From NCBI GenBank assembly GCA_949841365.1, contig CATKZI010000004.1:959-64958 (forward strand): a DNA stretch of 64,000 nt, read 5' to 3'. Source of the stretch: an uncultured Candidatus Melainabacteria bacterium (GTDB lineage: Bacteria > Cyanobacteriota > Vampirovibrionia > Gastranaerophilales > Gastranaerophilaceae). Shown piece by piece: positions 9,476-19,653 of the stretch. A model generated the notes under the pieces. It made no database searches, was not told where the DNA came from, and was given only the letters and a program-made list of their open reading frames with translations. Every line of letters starts with the position of its first letter. Position 1 is the first letter of the stretch. Made by a program: the position numbers and the translations under genes.

Positions 9476-11314
9476 ATGGGAATGTCAGCATCACAGGCGA
9501 GATTATTAAGCATTACCAGTCGATTGACTAATAATGAATTTCGTTCGCAGACAATTACAAATTCTAAATTGCGTCTTGCTGAAAAGTCAGAAGAAGCAAG
9601 TGCCGAATACATGGATGCATTGAATTCGCAACAGTTAATGTATGGAGTTTATGACAGTACAGGTGAAAAAACTTATACAGCTTTAACTGCAAATACATTA
9701 TTAAGTTATGGTGATTTAAAAAATCAATATTCTCTTGTCGATGCAACCGGTAAAATATTACTTAACGGTTCTGATATTAAAAAATATAAAGAAGCAACCA
9801 GTATGAAAGATTTTATGTCTAAATACGGTATTGCAAGTGTAACTGTTGAAAATGATGATTTTACAGATATTTTACAAACAATTTTAGGTCCTGATTATCA
9901 GTCTGTTTTTCAAAGAGCTAATGTGAATTATACAGACGGTGATAAAGCTAAAGTTCTTTTAAACAGCTATTTAAATCAATTAAATTCTTCTGCTGGTCAG
10001 ATTAATTCGGCTTTTGGTTCTGTTCCGTCTAATCAAGCCGGATATGATGCTTTAGTTAATAAATTACCTGATTTGCTTAAAGGTTGTTCTGATTGTACTT
10101 TATTGTCAGGTGCAATAGGACGTTACTATAACACAATGGCAAATCCGCCTGCTTGGATTGGAGATGCTCCAGTAAAACCAACAGTGCCCGATTTTGCTTC
10201 ATTGGTAAATGCCTATAATGGTTCAAGATGTTATGACTCAGTTATTGATGCTACTGCGGAAAATGATATGGCTTGGCATATTGAACATAACTTATCTGCT
10301 TTGATTTTTGGTCAAAATGGTATGGGACGTAATTCAGATGGAACATATTCTTTGACAAATACTGATGGTTCAATTTCAATTACGGCAACAAGTGTTACTG
10401 ACACTAATGTTTCATTGACTAATACATCTGTTGATTCTACCAATGCATCTAAAAATTTAGCAGGTGCTATAAATCAGTTTGCATCTTATGAATGTATTGG
10501 AAAATTGAGAGAAAAACTTATTAATTTATATTGTGATACAGTCAATACATTGAATAATGCTAGTTATCAAATGGATAGTTCAAAATATACTATAACTTCA
10601 AGTTCTGCTTCTAAATCGGGTACTGATTTGCGAAATGAGTGGAAAGATTTTTATACACAATTGTCAAATGCGCAAGGTAAATTAAACAATGAAGTTCTGG
10701 CTGATTATAATAACCAAAAGGCAGAATGGGATTCTAAATATGCACAATTTAAAAAAGACATAGAGTCTTGGTTGAAAAGTTTTGATAAAATGAAGCAAGC
10801 TTTGATAGATGAAATTAACAAGCTTGGCGAGCCCACAAAAGAAATTCCTGACGAAAAGGATGCAAAATACCAATGGTATAAAAACTTATGGTATAGAATG
10901 GGCAGTACTGATGAGATTAATAATAACGGTACAAATTTTAAAGAAATTGATGAAAACTTAATAAATAATTCTGAATGGCTTGAATTTGCCTTTGAACATG
11001 GCGTTTTAACTATGGAACAGGCTCAGTTTGTTGAAAACGGCTCCGTTACTTATCCGCAGATGGGGCAGTATGATTGGGTGCCTATAATTTATACAAACGC
11101 TTCAGATATTATTTCTCAAGATGATGAAGTTGCGATTGCACTTGCCGAAGTTAAGTATAAAAATGCAATCAGAGAAATTGAAAACAAGGACAAAAAATTC
11201 GATCAGGATTTGAAAAAACTTGATACGGAACACACTGCACTTCAAACCGAATACGATTCAATAAAGGAAGTTATCAGTAAAAACGTAGACAGATCGTTTA
11301 AAGCATTTTCATAA
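9476..11314 (+). CDS. Hypothetical 612-aa protein with helical/coiled-coil termini and an S/T/N-rich core
   Basis: The ORF-track start at 9302 overlaps the upstream terminator. The likely start is the ATG at 9476 (MGMSASQARLLSITSRLTNNEFRSQ...). The C-terminus is heptad-rich (KFDQDLKKLDTEHTALQTEYDSIKEV). I recognise no family. Confidence 0.7.
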   Translation: MGMSASQARLLSITSRLTNNEFRSQTITNSKLRLAEKSEEASAEYMDALNSQQLMYGVYDSTGEKTYTALTANTLLSYGDLKNQYSLVDATGKILLNGSDIKKYKEATSMKDFMSKYGIASVTVENDDFTDILQTILGPDYQSVFQRANVNYTDGDKAKVLLNSYLNQLNSSAGQINSAFGSVPSNQAGYDALVNKLPDLLKGCSDCTLLSGAIGRYYNTMANPPAWIGDAPVKPTVPDFASLVNAYNGSRCYDSVIDATAENDMAWHIEHNLSALIFGQNGMGRNSDGTYSLTNTDGSISITATSVTDTNVSLTNTSVDSTNASKNLAGAINQFASYECIGKLREKLINLYCDTVNTLNNASYQMDSSKYTITSSSASKSGTDLRNEWKDFYTQLSNAQGKLNNEVLADYNNQKAEWDSKYAQFKKDIESWLKSFDKMKQALIDEINKLGEPTKEIPDEKDAKYQWYKNLWYRMGSTDEINNNGTNFKEIDENLINNSEWLEFAFEHGVLTMEQAQFVENGSVTYPQMGQYDWVPIIYTNASDIISQDDEVAIALAEVKYKNAIREIENKDKKFDQDLKKLDTEHTALQTEYDSIKEVISKNVDRSFKAFS

Positions 11315-11315
11315 T

Positions 11316-11344
11316 AAAAAAAGCCCCGTTAAGGGGCTTTTTTT
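11316..11344. terminator. Bidirectional rho-independent terminator
   Basis: A-run, GCCCC-GTTAA-GGGGC hairpin, then T-run. Lies between the convergent genes 9476-11314 (+) and 11343-12506 (-). Confidence 0.7.
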
Positions 11345-12506
11345 ATGAGTTATAAGCTCGGAAGATTTCTTGTAAAAGCTCGTGTCCTTTAAGGATTGAT
11401 TTGTAATCCAAATATTCATCTTTTGTGTGCATATTGCAGACTGTTGCCAAACCTACAAGATACGGGATGAATTTTTCACCGTTTGTGTTTGTTTCGTTTG
11501 CGTAAATATGAGTTTCCGCGCCTGCGTGGAAGGTTGTAACATCAGGTTCTACGCCGACTTTTTTCGCGCAGGCTTCAAAAAGTATCGGAATAAATTTATC
11601 GTCAACTTTTTCAAATGGCGGAAGGTGTTCTTCAAACTCGATTGTCACATCTGCAAGATTGGCGTGAGATTTTGCAAATTCGTTTACAGTTGACGTCATA
11701 ATTGCTTTTAATTCATCTTCTTTTTGACGGCTTGAGCTTCTTATTGAATAGCTTACAGCGGCTTCCGGATTAATAATGTTTGTAACATTAATATTTCCGG
11801 CTAAAATTCCGCCGAGGTTGCAGGAAGTTACAACTTTGCCGTCTTCTTCAAAATATGCGCCTTGAGGAAGTTTTGCAATCAGGTCTGCGATAAGTTTTGC
11901 GGCATTTGCGCGGGTTTTGTCGCCGATATCAATGCCCGAGTGACCTGCTTTATGGCTTTTTACGTTAATTTTTACTAAAGTATAGCTTGCGCCTGCAGTT
12001 TCAAGCTGTCCTAACGTATCGCTGTCACAAACCAATATATATTTTGATTTAATATCTTTAAAGTTTGTGTGGCGAATGCCTGACATTCCGGATTCTTCGT
12101 CGCGGGTAAAATTGCATTCAAGTCCGCCGTGTTTCATATCGGAATTTGCGATTTCTTTTGCTAAAAGAAGTGCGTTTGCAACACCTGCTTTATCGTCAGC
12201 TCCTAAGGTTCTGCCTTCTGCATGGATATTTCCGTTGTCATCAAGATAAGTTTTTACAGGGCTGTCATCGCCGATTACGTCCATGTGAGCAGATAGCAAT
12301 AAAGGTTCTTTTGTGCTGTCGGTTGCTGGAATATCAATTCTTACGTTTCCGTAATCGTCAAATCTGCAGTTCATATTATTTTGTTCGCAATAGGTTTTAA
12401 TCCGGTTTGCTACATTTTCTTCGTGAAGTGATGGTGACGGAATTTCTGCCAAGTTGCAGAAAAGGTCAATAAGTTCGTGTTCTTTTCTTAAATTTTCTAT
12501 ATTCAT
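11343..12506 (-). CDS. M20 family metallopeptidase (PepT/PepD-like)
   Basis: 387 aa. Motifs LLLSAHMDVIGDD and GADDKAGVANALLLAKE are typical of the M20 metal-binding sites. Confidence 0.82.
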   Translation of the reverse strand: MNIENLRKEHELIDLFCNLAEIPSPSLHEENVANRIKTYCEQNNMNCRFDDYGNVRIDIPATDSTKEPLLLSAHMDVIGDDSPVKTYLDDNGNIHAEGRTLGADDKAGVANALLLAKEIANSDMKHGGLECNFTRDEESGMSGIRHTNFKDIKSKYILVCDSDTLGQLETAGASYTLVKINVKSHKAGHSGIDIGDKTRANAAKLIADLIAKLPQGAYFEEDGKVVTSCNLGGILAGNINVTNIINPEAAVSYSIRSSSRQKEDELKAIMTSTVNEFAKSHANLADVTIEFEEHLPPFEKVDDKFIPILFEACAKKVGVEPDVTTFHAGAETHIYANETNTNGEKFIPYLVGLATVCNMHTKDEYLDYKSILKGHELLQEIFRAYNS

Positions 12507-12514
12507 TTTTCCTC

Positions 12515-14857
12515 CTAATTGATGTCAATAACACTTACGCCGTCGCCGCCTTCGGCATCCTCTCCGGGTCGGAATTTGGCAACATACGGCGAAGTCGATA
12601 AAAATTCTCTTACTGCCGATTTTAATGCGCCTGTGCCGTGACCGTGAATTACCGTAACGCAGGCAAGGTTTGCAAGACTTGCTTTATCAAGATAATTTTC
12701 TAAATCATCAAGTGCATCTTCAACCTTTAGACCGCGCAGGTCAAGTGTGTTTGAGATGTTTATGCGTCGAAGTTCAAAGCTGTCGAATGATGATGGTTTG
12801 TAAACATTTTGTTTTTTCTCGTAAGACGCGTCGTATGGAGCAAGTTTGTTGCATTTGATTTTTGTTTTTATGTTGCCCATTTGAACTGTAACGTATTTGT
12901 TCTTGTCAGGCAGGCTCAAAAGAGTTACGGGCTGGTTAAGTTCTTTCAAAATAAGCTTGTCATTTTCTTTAACAGATGCCCAGTCGATTTCATCATAGTG
13001 TTGTTTTTCATCGAATTCTGAGAGTTTACCGCGGAATTTTTGTTCCATTTGAGCAAGACGGGCGTATGAACGACGTGCAATTTTTTCGGATTTTTCACGG
13101 CGTAATTCATCTAAAATATCCTTAATCTCTGCCTTAACTTCAAGAAGTTCGCGGTCAAATTTATCTTTAATATTTTTTACTGTCTTTTTCTTATCTTTTT
13201 TGATGGCTTTTAGCGAAGTTTCATATTCTTCTTTAAGATTTTCTGATGTTTCTTTTAAACTTTCTGCTTCCTCAAGGTTTTGGGTTAATTTTGCCTGTGT
13301 CTCTTGAAGCTTTTCAACAACTGCAATCGACGGGTCTTTTGATGAAAGAATAATATCTTTTGCTTTCTGAGCTAGTTGAGCATCAAGTCCTAGGTTTTGC
13401 GCGATAGAAATTGCGTTGCTTAAGCCCGGAATGCCGATTAGAAGCTTGTATGTAGGTTTTAGGGTTTCCGTGTTAAATTCAACTGATGCGTTTTTGAAAT
13501 ACGGGTTTGTGTATTCAAGGGTTTTAAGTTCGCCATAATGGGTTGTGATAGTTGATGTAACCTCTTTTTGTGCAAGCTTTTCCAAAATTACCTGTGCCAG
13601 AACCGCGCCTTCTACAGGGTCTGTGCCTGCGCAAATTTCATCTAATATAACAAAAGTTTTGTCATTGCTCTGTTGCAGGATTTCGATAATATTTGTCATG
13701 TGTGACGAGAATGTGGACAAATTTTGTTGAATGCTCTGGTCGTCGCCTATGTCTGCAAAAACTTTTTCAAACGGATAAACTTTTGCGTGTGTACAGGGAA
13801 GGAACATTCCTGATTTTGCCATTAATATAAACAAGCCGATTGTTTTTATTGTAACGGTTTTACCGCCTGTGTTTGAACCTGTAATGACAACGGATTTGTA
13901 ATTTTTTCCGATTTCAAAATTATTTGTCACAATATTTTCGACATTGAGAAGCGGGTGCTTCATGTTCTCAAATTCAATAATTTTGTGAGTTAAAATCTCA
14001 GGTTCTACTGCCTGTAATTTTACGGCATAACGGGCTTTTGCAAAATGAAAATCAATTTCTGCCAGAATTTTTTCACTTAAAGCAAGAGATTTAAGATTAT
14101 CTTTTACAAGGTTTGTAAGCCCTGTCAAAATCTTAATCATCTCGGAATGAATTTGAGATTTAATTTCGCGGATTTTATTGTTCAGGGGGACGATTTGTGC
14201 TGGCTCGATATAAAAAGTTTTGTTTGTCGCAGAAACATCGTGAACAATTCCGGGGACTTTGTTTTTATCGGAGGCAATTACCTGAAAAACAATTCTGTCA
14301 TCACGTGTTGTGTAAATGTTTTCCTGCAAATGTTTTGAAAAATCAGGCGAATTTAAAAGTGATGAAACAGTTGTGCGCAAGTTTTTCTCATTATCGCGTA
14401 ATGCGCTGTAATGTCCTTTTAATTCAGGAGTTGCATCAGGTCTTATGTTTAGGTTTTCATCAAACGTATTAAAAATTTTTTCTTCAAGCTCTCTGTCTGA
14501 AATTAAAACTTGTGCTTTATCTTTTAAAATAGCATTTTCAAGATTGTCTGACAGGAATTTTTTAACCAGACGCGATGTTCTCAACGTTTTGGCTGTGTCA
14601 ATTAATTCTTCTTCTGAATAATATGTCTCGGGCGGGTTAATTTTTGCGACAAACTCAATCGGAATATCCGAGGGTATATCAAGGATAAACTTTGCCTCGC
14701 GGGTGTATTGAAGCTCTCGGTTAATTGCCACGATATCATCGAGCGGAGTTAAATTTAAGCATAATTCTTTGCTTTGCTCAATTTTGGCAAAGTTTGAAAG
14801 TTTTTCGAGAATTTTATCAAATTCAAGTGCTTTTCTGCTTTTGAGTGCAATTTCCAT
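12515..14857 (-). CDS. mutS2: Endonuclease MutS2 (MutS domain V ATPase plus C-terminal Smr)
   Basis: 780 aa. Walker A GSNTGGKT, DEICAGTDP, a long coiled-coil linker, and a C-terminal Smr domain (LDLRG...VIHGHGTGALK). Confidence 0.95.
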   Translation of the reverse strand: MEIALKSRKALEFDKILEKLSNFAKIEQSKELCLNLTPLDDIVAINRELQYTREAKFILDIPSDIPIEFVAKINPPETYYSEEELIDTAKTLRTSRLVKKFLSDNLENAILKDKAQVLISDRELEEKIFNTFDENLNIRPDATPELKGHYSALRDNEKNLRTTVSSLLNSPDFSKHLQENIYTTRDDRIVFQVIASDKNKVPGIVHDVSATNKTFYIEPAQIVPLNNKIREIKSQIHSEMIKILTGLTNLVKDNLKSLALSEKILAEIDFHFAKARYAVKLQAVEPEILTHKIIEFENMKHPLLNVENIVTNNFEIGKNYKSVVITGSNTGGKTVTIKTIGLFILMAKSGMFLPCTHAKVYPFEKVFADIGDDQSIQQNLSTFSSHMTNIIEILQQSNDKTFVILDEICAGTDPVEGAVLAQVILEKLAQKEVTSTITTHYGELKTLEYTNPYFKNASVEFNTETLKPTYKLLIGIPGLSNAISIAQNLGLDAQLAQKAKDIILSSKDPSIAVVEKLQETQAKLTQNLEEAESLKETSENLKEEYETSLKAIKKDKKKTVKNIKDKFDRELLEVKAEIKDILDELRREKSEKIARRSYARLAQMEQKFRGKLSEFDEKQHYDEIDWASVKENDKLILKELNQPVTLLSLPDKNKYVTVQMGNIKTKIKCNKLAPYDASYEKKQNVYKPSSFDSFELRRINISNTLDLRGLKVEDALDDLENYLDKASLANLACVTVIHGHGTGALKSAVREFLSTSPYVAKFRPGEDAEGGDGVSVIDIN

Positions 14858-14885
14858 AACTTTATTTTACATGCACAAAATACAT

Positions 14886-14914
14886 TTGCAATTTGTCGTT
14901 ATTTCTATTACAAT
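14886..14914 (+). promoter_or_regulatory. Sigma70-like promoter upstream of the gltD-like gene
   Basis: TTGCAA, 17 nt, TACAAT. Lies about 24 nt upstream of the AAGGGG RBS. Confidence 0.4.
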
Positions 14915-14937
14915 TCTCTTATAAGAAGGGGATAAAA

Positions 14938-16302
14938 ATGGAAAGACAGAGAGTAAAAGAACAAGATAAAATTCAACGCCGTTCGAATTTTGAACCGGTT
15001 GAAAGTAATTTAACTGAAGAACAGGTAAAACTTGAAGCATCAAGATGTTTGAATTGTAAAAACCCGAGATGCGTTCAGGGATGTCCCGTTAATATTCAAA
15101 TTCCACAGTTTATTAAGGCAATAAAAGACGGAGATTTGAACAAAGCCGGTGAAATTATCCGCCAAACAAGTATGTTACCCTCTGTATGCGGGCGTGTTTG
15201 TCCTCAGGAAAGACAATGTGAGGGCAACTGCGTTTTAGGGATTAAAGGTGAAGCAGTTGCAATCGGAGCATTGGAAAGATATGTCGGTGACAATACAAAA
15301 GCCGAAATGCCTGAAATTAAACCGTCAGGTAAAAAAGTAGCGGTTGTAGGTTCAGGATGTGCAGGCATGACAGCGGCATGCGATTTGAGAAAAGAAGGTC
15401 ACGAAGTTGAAGTTTTTGAAGCTTTACACGAACTTGGCGGGGTTTTGAGATACGGTATTCCGCCTTTCAGATTACCGCGTGTTGTTTTAGACCGCGAAAT
15501 TGAAAACCTTAAAGCAATGGGTGTAAAATTCCACACAAATGTTATCGTCGGTAAATCAATTACTCTTAAACAATTGAAAGAGGATGGGTTTGATGCTGTA
15601 TTTATCTGCTCAGGTGCGGGATTACCAAAGATGTTAAATATTAAGGGCGAAAACCTCAACGGAGTTTTCTCGGCTAATGAGTTTTTAACACGTGTAAACC
15701 TTATGCACGCAGGTCAGCCTGATAGCCCGACACCTTTGAGAGTAGGTAAAAAAGCCGCAATATTCGGAGGCGGAAACGTTGCGATGGATGCAGCCAGAAC
15801 TGCTGTACGCGTTGGCTTTGAAGAAGTTTATATTATTTACAGACGTACGGAAAAAGAACTTCCTGCACGTTTGGAAGAAATTCGTCACGCAAAAGAGGAA
15901 GGTATTGTGTTCAAATTCCTTTATGCTCCAAAAGAAATTTTAGGCGAGGATGGCTATGTAAAAGCTGTGGAACTTGAGGTTATGGAACTTGGCGAACCTG
16001 ATGAAAGCGGACGTCAAAGACCTGTTTCAACGGGAAAAACTGAAGTTATGGAACTTGATACGGTAATTGTTGCATTAGGAACAGGTCCAAACCCGATTAT
16101 TCAACGTTCTGCTGTTGAAGAGGGTTTGGAAATTATTACCGACAAACGCGGATATATTTCGGTTGACCCCGAAACCAGATGCACAAACCTTGATTGCGTT
16201 TACGCAGGCGGCGACGTTGCACCGGTTGGAGAATCAAACGCGATTAATGCAATGGGTGCAGGTAAAAAAGCCGCTAAAGCGATTAACGAAAAATTGTTAT
16301 GA
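14938..16302 (+). CDS. NADPH-dependent glutamate synthase small-subunit-like oxidoreductase (GltD/SudA family)
   Basis: Start moved to MERQRVKEQ, which has an AAGGGG RBS. Fe-S Cys clusters (CLNCKNPRCVQGCP, CGRVCPQERQCEGNC), FAD/NAD Rossmann motifs VAVVGSGCAG and IFGGGNVAMD, and C-terminal YAGGD. Confidence 0.85.
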   Translation: MERQRVKEQDKIQRRSNFEPVESNLTEEQVKLEASRCLNCKNPRCVQGCPVNIQIPQFIKAIKDGDLNKAGEIIRQTSMLPSVCGRVCPQERQCEGNCVLGIKGEAVAIGALERYVGDNTKAEMPEIKPSGKKVAVVGSGCAGMTAACDLRKEGHEVEVFEALHELGGVLRYGIPPFRLPRVVLDREIENLKAMGVKFHTNVIVGKSITLKQLKEDGFDAVFICSGAGLPKMLNIKGENLNGVFSANEFLTRVNLMHAGQPDSPTPLRVGKKAAIFGGGNVAMDAARTAVRVGFEEVYIIYRRTEKELPARLEEIRHAKEEGIVFKFLYAPKEILGEDGYVKAVELEVMELGEPDESGRQRPVSTGKTEVMELDTVIVALGTGPNPIIQRSAVEEGLEIITDKRGYISVDPETRCTNLDCVYAGGDVAPVGESNAINAMGAGKKAAKAINEKLL

Positions 16303-17138
16303 AAAAGATAATTTTTTTAATTACAATTATGATGTTTTGCAAGTGTCAGGCATTTGAACTTGACACATCTGTTGATGACGAGATAAGACGGAATTACAAT
16401 CCGTCTGCTATTGAGCAATCTTTGCCTGCGTTACCGAAAGTTACACCGACTAACACAACGACAACGCAAGCTCCGCCAAAAACTCAGCCTGTTACTCAGC
16501 CTGCAAAACCGCAGATTGTTGTCAAAAAACTTCCTACATCTCAGATTGATAAATCAACAGCTATAAGAATCCCGAAGGGTACAAAGTTTAAAGTCCGTTC
16601 AAGCGCTTACCTGTCGGATTCTACACGCGTTGGAGCAAGATTAAGTTTTACGACATTACAGCCGGTAACCAAACGTTATATCACGATTCCTGCGGGTACT
16701 GTTTTTAATGCCGTTGTTACAAATTCGCACCCGCCTCAGGCAAGCGGTAACGGCGGATTGTTGGAAATTGCCGTTGACGGTATGCGATACAATGGTAAAA
16801 CTTATTATTCACAAGGCAAAGTTACAAAAGCAAATCATAAAAAAATATTTGTAAATAATATAAAAGGAAAACGTCAGTACTGGAAAAATGTCGGCAAACA
16901 GATAGATAAAGGACAGAAGTTTTATAAGAAAACCCGCAGAGTTTCAAATAACTTGACTGATAACCCTATAACATTAATTGTTGCTCCTGTTCCTACAATT
17001 GTCGGAATGGGTGCTTATGCGGTGAATTTGGTCGGTTCACCGATAATTGCAATACCTGCAAAAGGCGGACGGCTTTCAATTCCTGCAGGAAGCGAGTTCG
17101 AAATTAAACTCCAAGAAGATATCTATTTGGAGTACTAA
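16299..17138 (+). CDS. Hypothetical secreted protein (P/T/Q-rich linker; IPAGT/IPAGS beta-rich C-terminal part)
   Basis: 279 aa with a signal peptide. ATGA overlap with the gltD-like stop. The repeated motifs IPAGTVFNAVV and IPAGSEFEIKL are reminiscent of TrbI/VirB10-type barrels; this is a tentative call. Confidence 0.6.
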   Translation: MKKIIFLITIMMFCKCQAFELDTSVDDEIRRNYNPSAIEQSLPALPKVTPTNTTTTQAPPKTQPVTQPAKPQIVVKKLPTSQIDKSTAIRIPKGTKFKVRSSAYLSDSTRVGARLSFTTLQPVTKRYITIPAGTVFNAVVTNSHPPQASGNGGLLEIAVDGMRYNGKTYYSQGKVTKANHKKIFVNNIKGKRQYWKNVGKQIDKGQKFYKKTRRVSNNLTDNPITLIVAPVPTIVGMGAYAVNLVGSPIIAIPAKGGRLSIPAGSEFEIKLQEDIYLEY

Positions 17139-17166
17139 TCTACCTGTATGATTTATTGTAAATTTA

Positions 17167-17195
17167 TTGTTTAAAATCTGAATTCAGGTTATAAT
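17167..17195 (+). promoter_or_regulatory. Sigma70-like promoter upstream of hppA
   Basis: TTGTTT, 17 nt, TATAAT. Lies about 30 nt upstream of the GGGAG RBS and ATG. Confidence 0.35.
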
Positions 17196-17225
17196 ATTTG
17201 CCGTAGAAAGTGAAAGGGAGAGACT

Positions 17226-19622
17226 ATGTTAAAAAAAGTTTATGCTTCTCTGCTTGCTGTTTTAGGGCTTGTTGCTCCTGTTTTTGCAAGCGAAGCTGAT
17301 TTAGTTGTTCCGAGTATCAAAGATGCTAATCCTGATTTCTATACTTATTTGCTTATAGGTATCGGAATTTCGGTTATAGGTCTTGTATTCGGATTTGTTG
17401 AATTTTTTAGAATTAAAAAACTTGATGTCCACAGCAAAATGGCTGAGGTCGGTAATACTATTTTTGAAACCTGCAAAACTTATCTTGTTCAGCAGGGTAA
17501 ATTCTTGTTTGTATTAGAAGTTTTAATCGGTCTTTGTATCGCATTTTATTTCGGATACTTACAGCATATGCCGTTAAATCACGTGTTGATTATCTTAGCG
17601 TGGTCAGTAATCGGTATTTTAGGTTCTTATGCGGTTGCATGGTTTGGTATCAGAATGAACACTCTTGCAAATGCCAGAACTGCTTTTGTTTCATTAAAAG
17701 GAAATCCTTTAAACATCTTGAATATTCCTTTAAAAGCAGGTATGTCAATCGGTGTTTGTCTTGTATCTGTTGAACTTATTTTAATGTTGACAATTTTATT
17801 GTTTGTACCGGGTGAAATTGCAGGTGCTTGCTTTATCGGTTTTGCAATCGGTGAATCTTTGGGCGCTTCTGCACTTCGTGTTGCAGGCGGTATCTTTACA
17901 AAAATCGCTGATATCGGTTCTGACTTGATGAAAATTCAATTCGGTATCAAAGAAGATGATCCGAGAAACCCCGGTGTTATTGCAGACTGTACTGGTGACA
18001 ATGCAGGTGATTCTGTAGGTCCTACTGCTGACGGTTTTGAAACTTACGGTGTAACAGGTGTTGCTCTTGTTTCATTTATCTTGCTTGCTGTTGCAGGTGA
18101 AGCTAATCAGGTTCAATTATTGACCTGGATTTTCGTTATGAGATTTTTGATGATTGTGACTTCTGTTGTTGCATACTGGATTAACGGTGTTGCAGACAGA
18201 ATTTATGCCGCAAAAACTTCAAAATTCGATTTTGAAAAACCGTTAACAAATCTTGTTTGGTTAACATCTATTTTATCAATTGTAATGACATTTGGCGTTA
18301 GCAAATGGTTATTGTCAGATATGGGCGGAAACTTGTGGTTAATCCTTTCTGCAATTATTTCTTGCGGAACATTGGGTGCTGCATTAATCCCAGAATTTAC
18401 AAAAATATTTACATCTCCAAAAGCAAAACACACAGAAGAAGTTGTTACAGCTTCACGTGAAGGCGGTTCATCTTTGACAATCCTTTCAGGTATTGTTGCA
18501 GGTAACTTCAGCGCTTTCTGGATTGGTATGGTAATCGTTCTTTTGATGGGACTTGCATACTATGCATCAACTTTCATTCCTGCTGATGTAATGATTTACA
18601 GCTCAGTATTTGCATTTGGTTTGGTAGCGTTTGGTTTCCTTGGTATGGGACCTGTTACAATCGCTGTTGACAGCTATGGTCCTGTTACAGATAACGCTCA
18701 ATCAGTTTATGAATTGTCTTTAATTGAAGATGTTTCAGCTGATGAAATCGAAAAAGAATACGGTTTCAAACCTGATTTTGAAAATGCTAAAAAATACTTA
18801 GAAGAAAATGACGGTGCGGGAAATACATTCAAAGCAACTTCAAAACCTGTATTAATTGGTACAGCGGTTGTTGGTGCTACAACAATGATTTTCTCACTTA
18901 TTCTTGTAATCAAATCAACTTTGGGTATTGAACCTGAAATGATTTTGAATATGTTGAACCCGTATACATTGCTTGGTTTATTATCTGGCGGTGCGGTAAT
19001 TTACTGGTTCTCAGGCGCTTCAATGCAGGCTGTTACAACAGGTGCTTACCGTGCAACAGAATATATTAAAGATAATATTACACTTGATGATGAAGGATGC
19101 AAAACTGCTAACGTTGCAAATTCAAAAGAAGTTGTAAAAATTTGTACTCAATACGCTCAAAAAGGTATGATTAATATCTTTATTGCATTGTTTGCGTTTG
19201 CACTTGCTTTTGCATGTCTTTCAGCTCCTGTAGGCGGAAATGCTCCCGTAGCATTCTTTGTAAGTTATCTTGTTGCAATTGCCGTATTTGGCTTGTTCCA
19301 AGCTGTATTTATGGCAAACGCAGGCGGATGTTGGGATAATGCTAAGAAAATCGTAGAAGTTGACTTGGCAGAAAAAGGAACTCCGCTTCACGAAGCAACA
19401 GTTGTCGGCGATACTGTCGGCGATCCTTTCAAGGACACATCATCAGTTGCGATGAACCCGATTATCAAATTTACAACACTATTTGGACTTCTTGCAATGG
19501 AAATTGCTATTTCTGAAAACTTCAGAAATGTCGCTCCGATTGCGGGCTGGGTATTTTTGATAATTTCACTGGTATTTGTAATCCGTTCGTTCTACGCGAT
19601 GCGAATACCTAACAAAAAATAA
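17226..19622 (+). CDS. hppA: Membrane-bound ion-translocating pyrophosphatase
   Basis: 798 aa and polytopic. Motifs DCTGDNAGD, GDTVGDPFKD and NAGGCWDNAKK are diagnostic for H+/Na+-PPases. Confidence 0.95.
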   Translation: MLKKVYASLLAVLGLVAPVFASEADLVVPSIKDANPDFYTYLLIGIGISVIGLVFGFVEFFRIKKLDVHSKMAEVGNTIFETCKTYLVQQGKFLFVLEVLIGLCIAFYFGYLQHMPLNHVLIILAWSVIGILGSYAVAWFGIRMNTLANARTAFVSLKGNPLNILNIPLKAGMSIGVCLVSVELILMLTILLFVPGEIAGACFIGFAIGESLGASALRVAGGIFTKIADIGSDLMKIQFGIKEDDPRNPGVIADCTGDNAGDSVGPTADGFETYGVTGVALVSFILLAVAGEANQVQLLTWIFVMRFLMIVTSVVAYWINGVADRIYAAKTSKFDFEKPLTNLVWLTSILSIVMTFGVSKWLLSDMGGNLWLILSAIISCGTLGAALIPEFTKIFTSPKAKHTEEVVTASREGGSSLTILSGIVAGNFSAFWIGMVIVLLMGLAYYASTFIPADVMIYSSVFAFGLVAFGFLGMGPVTIAVDSYGPVTDNAQSVYELSLIEDVSADEIEKEYGFKPDFENAKKYLEENDGAGNTFKATSKPVLIGTAVVGATTMIFSLILVIKSTLGIEPEMILNMLNPYTLLGLLSGGAVIYWFSGASMQAVTTGAYRATEYIKDNITLDDEGCKTANVANSKEVVKICTQYAQKGMINIFIALFAFALAFACLSAPVGGNAPVAFFVSYLVAIAVFGLFQAVFMANAGGCWDNAKKIVEVDLAEKGTPLHEATVVGDTVGDPFKDTSSVAMNPIIKFTTLFGLLAMEIAISENFRNVAPIAGWVFLIISLVFVIRSFYAMRIPNKK

Positions 19623-19626
19623 GTAG

Positions 19627-19653
19627 AAAGCACCTCGAAAGAGGTGCTTTTTT
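19627..19653. terminator. Rho-independent terminator (copy A of a 26-nt repeat)
   Basis: AGCACCTC-GAAA-GAGGTGCT hairpin followed by T6. Lies between hppA (+) and the convergent pilin-like gene (-). Confidence 0.7.
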
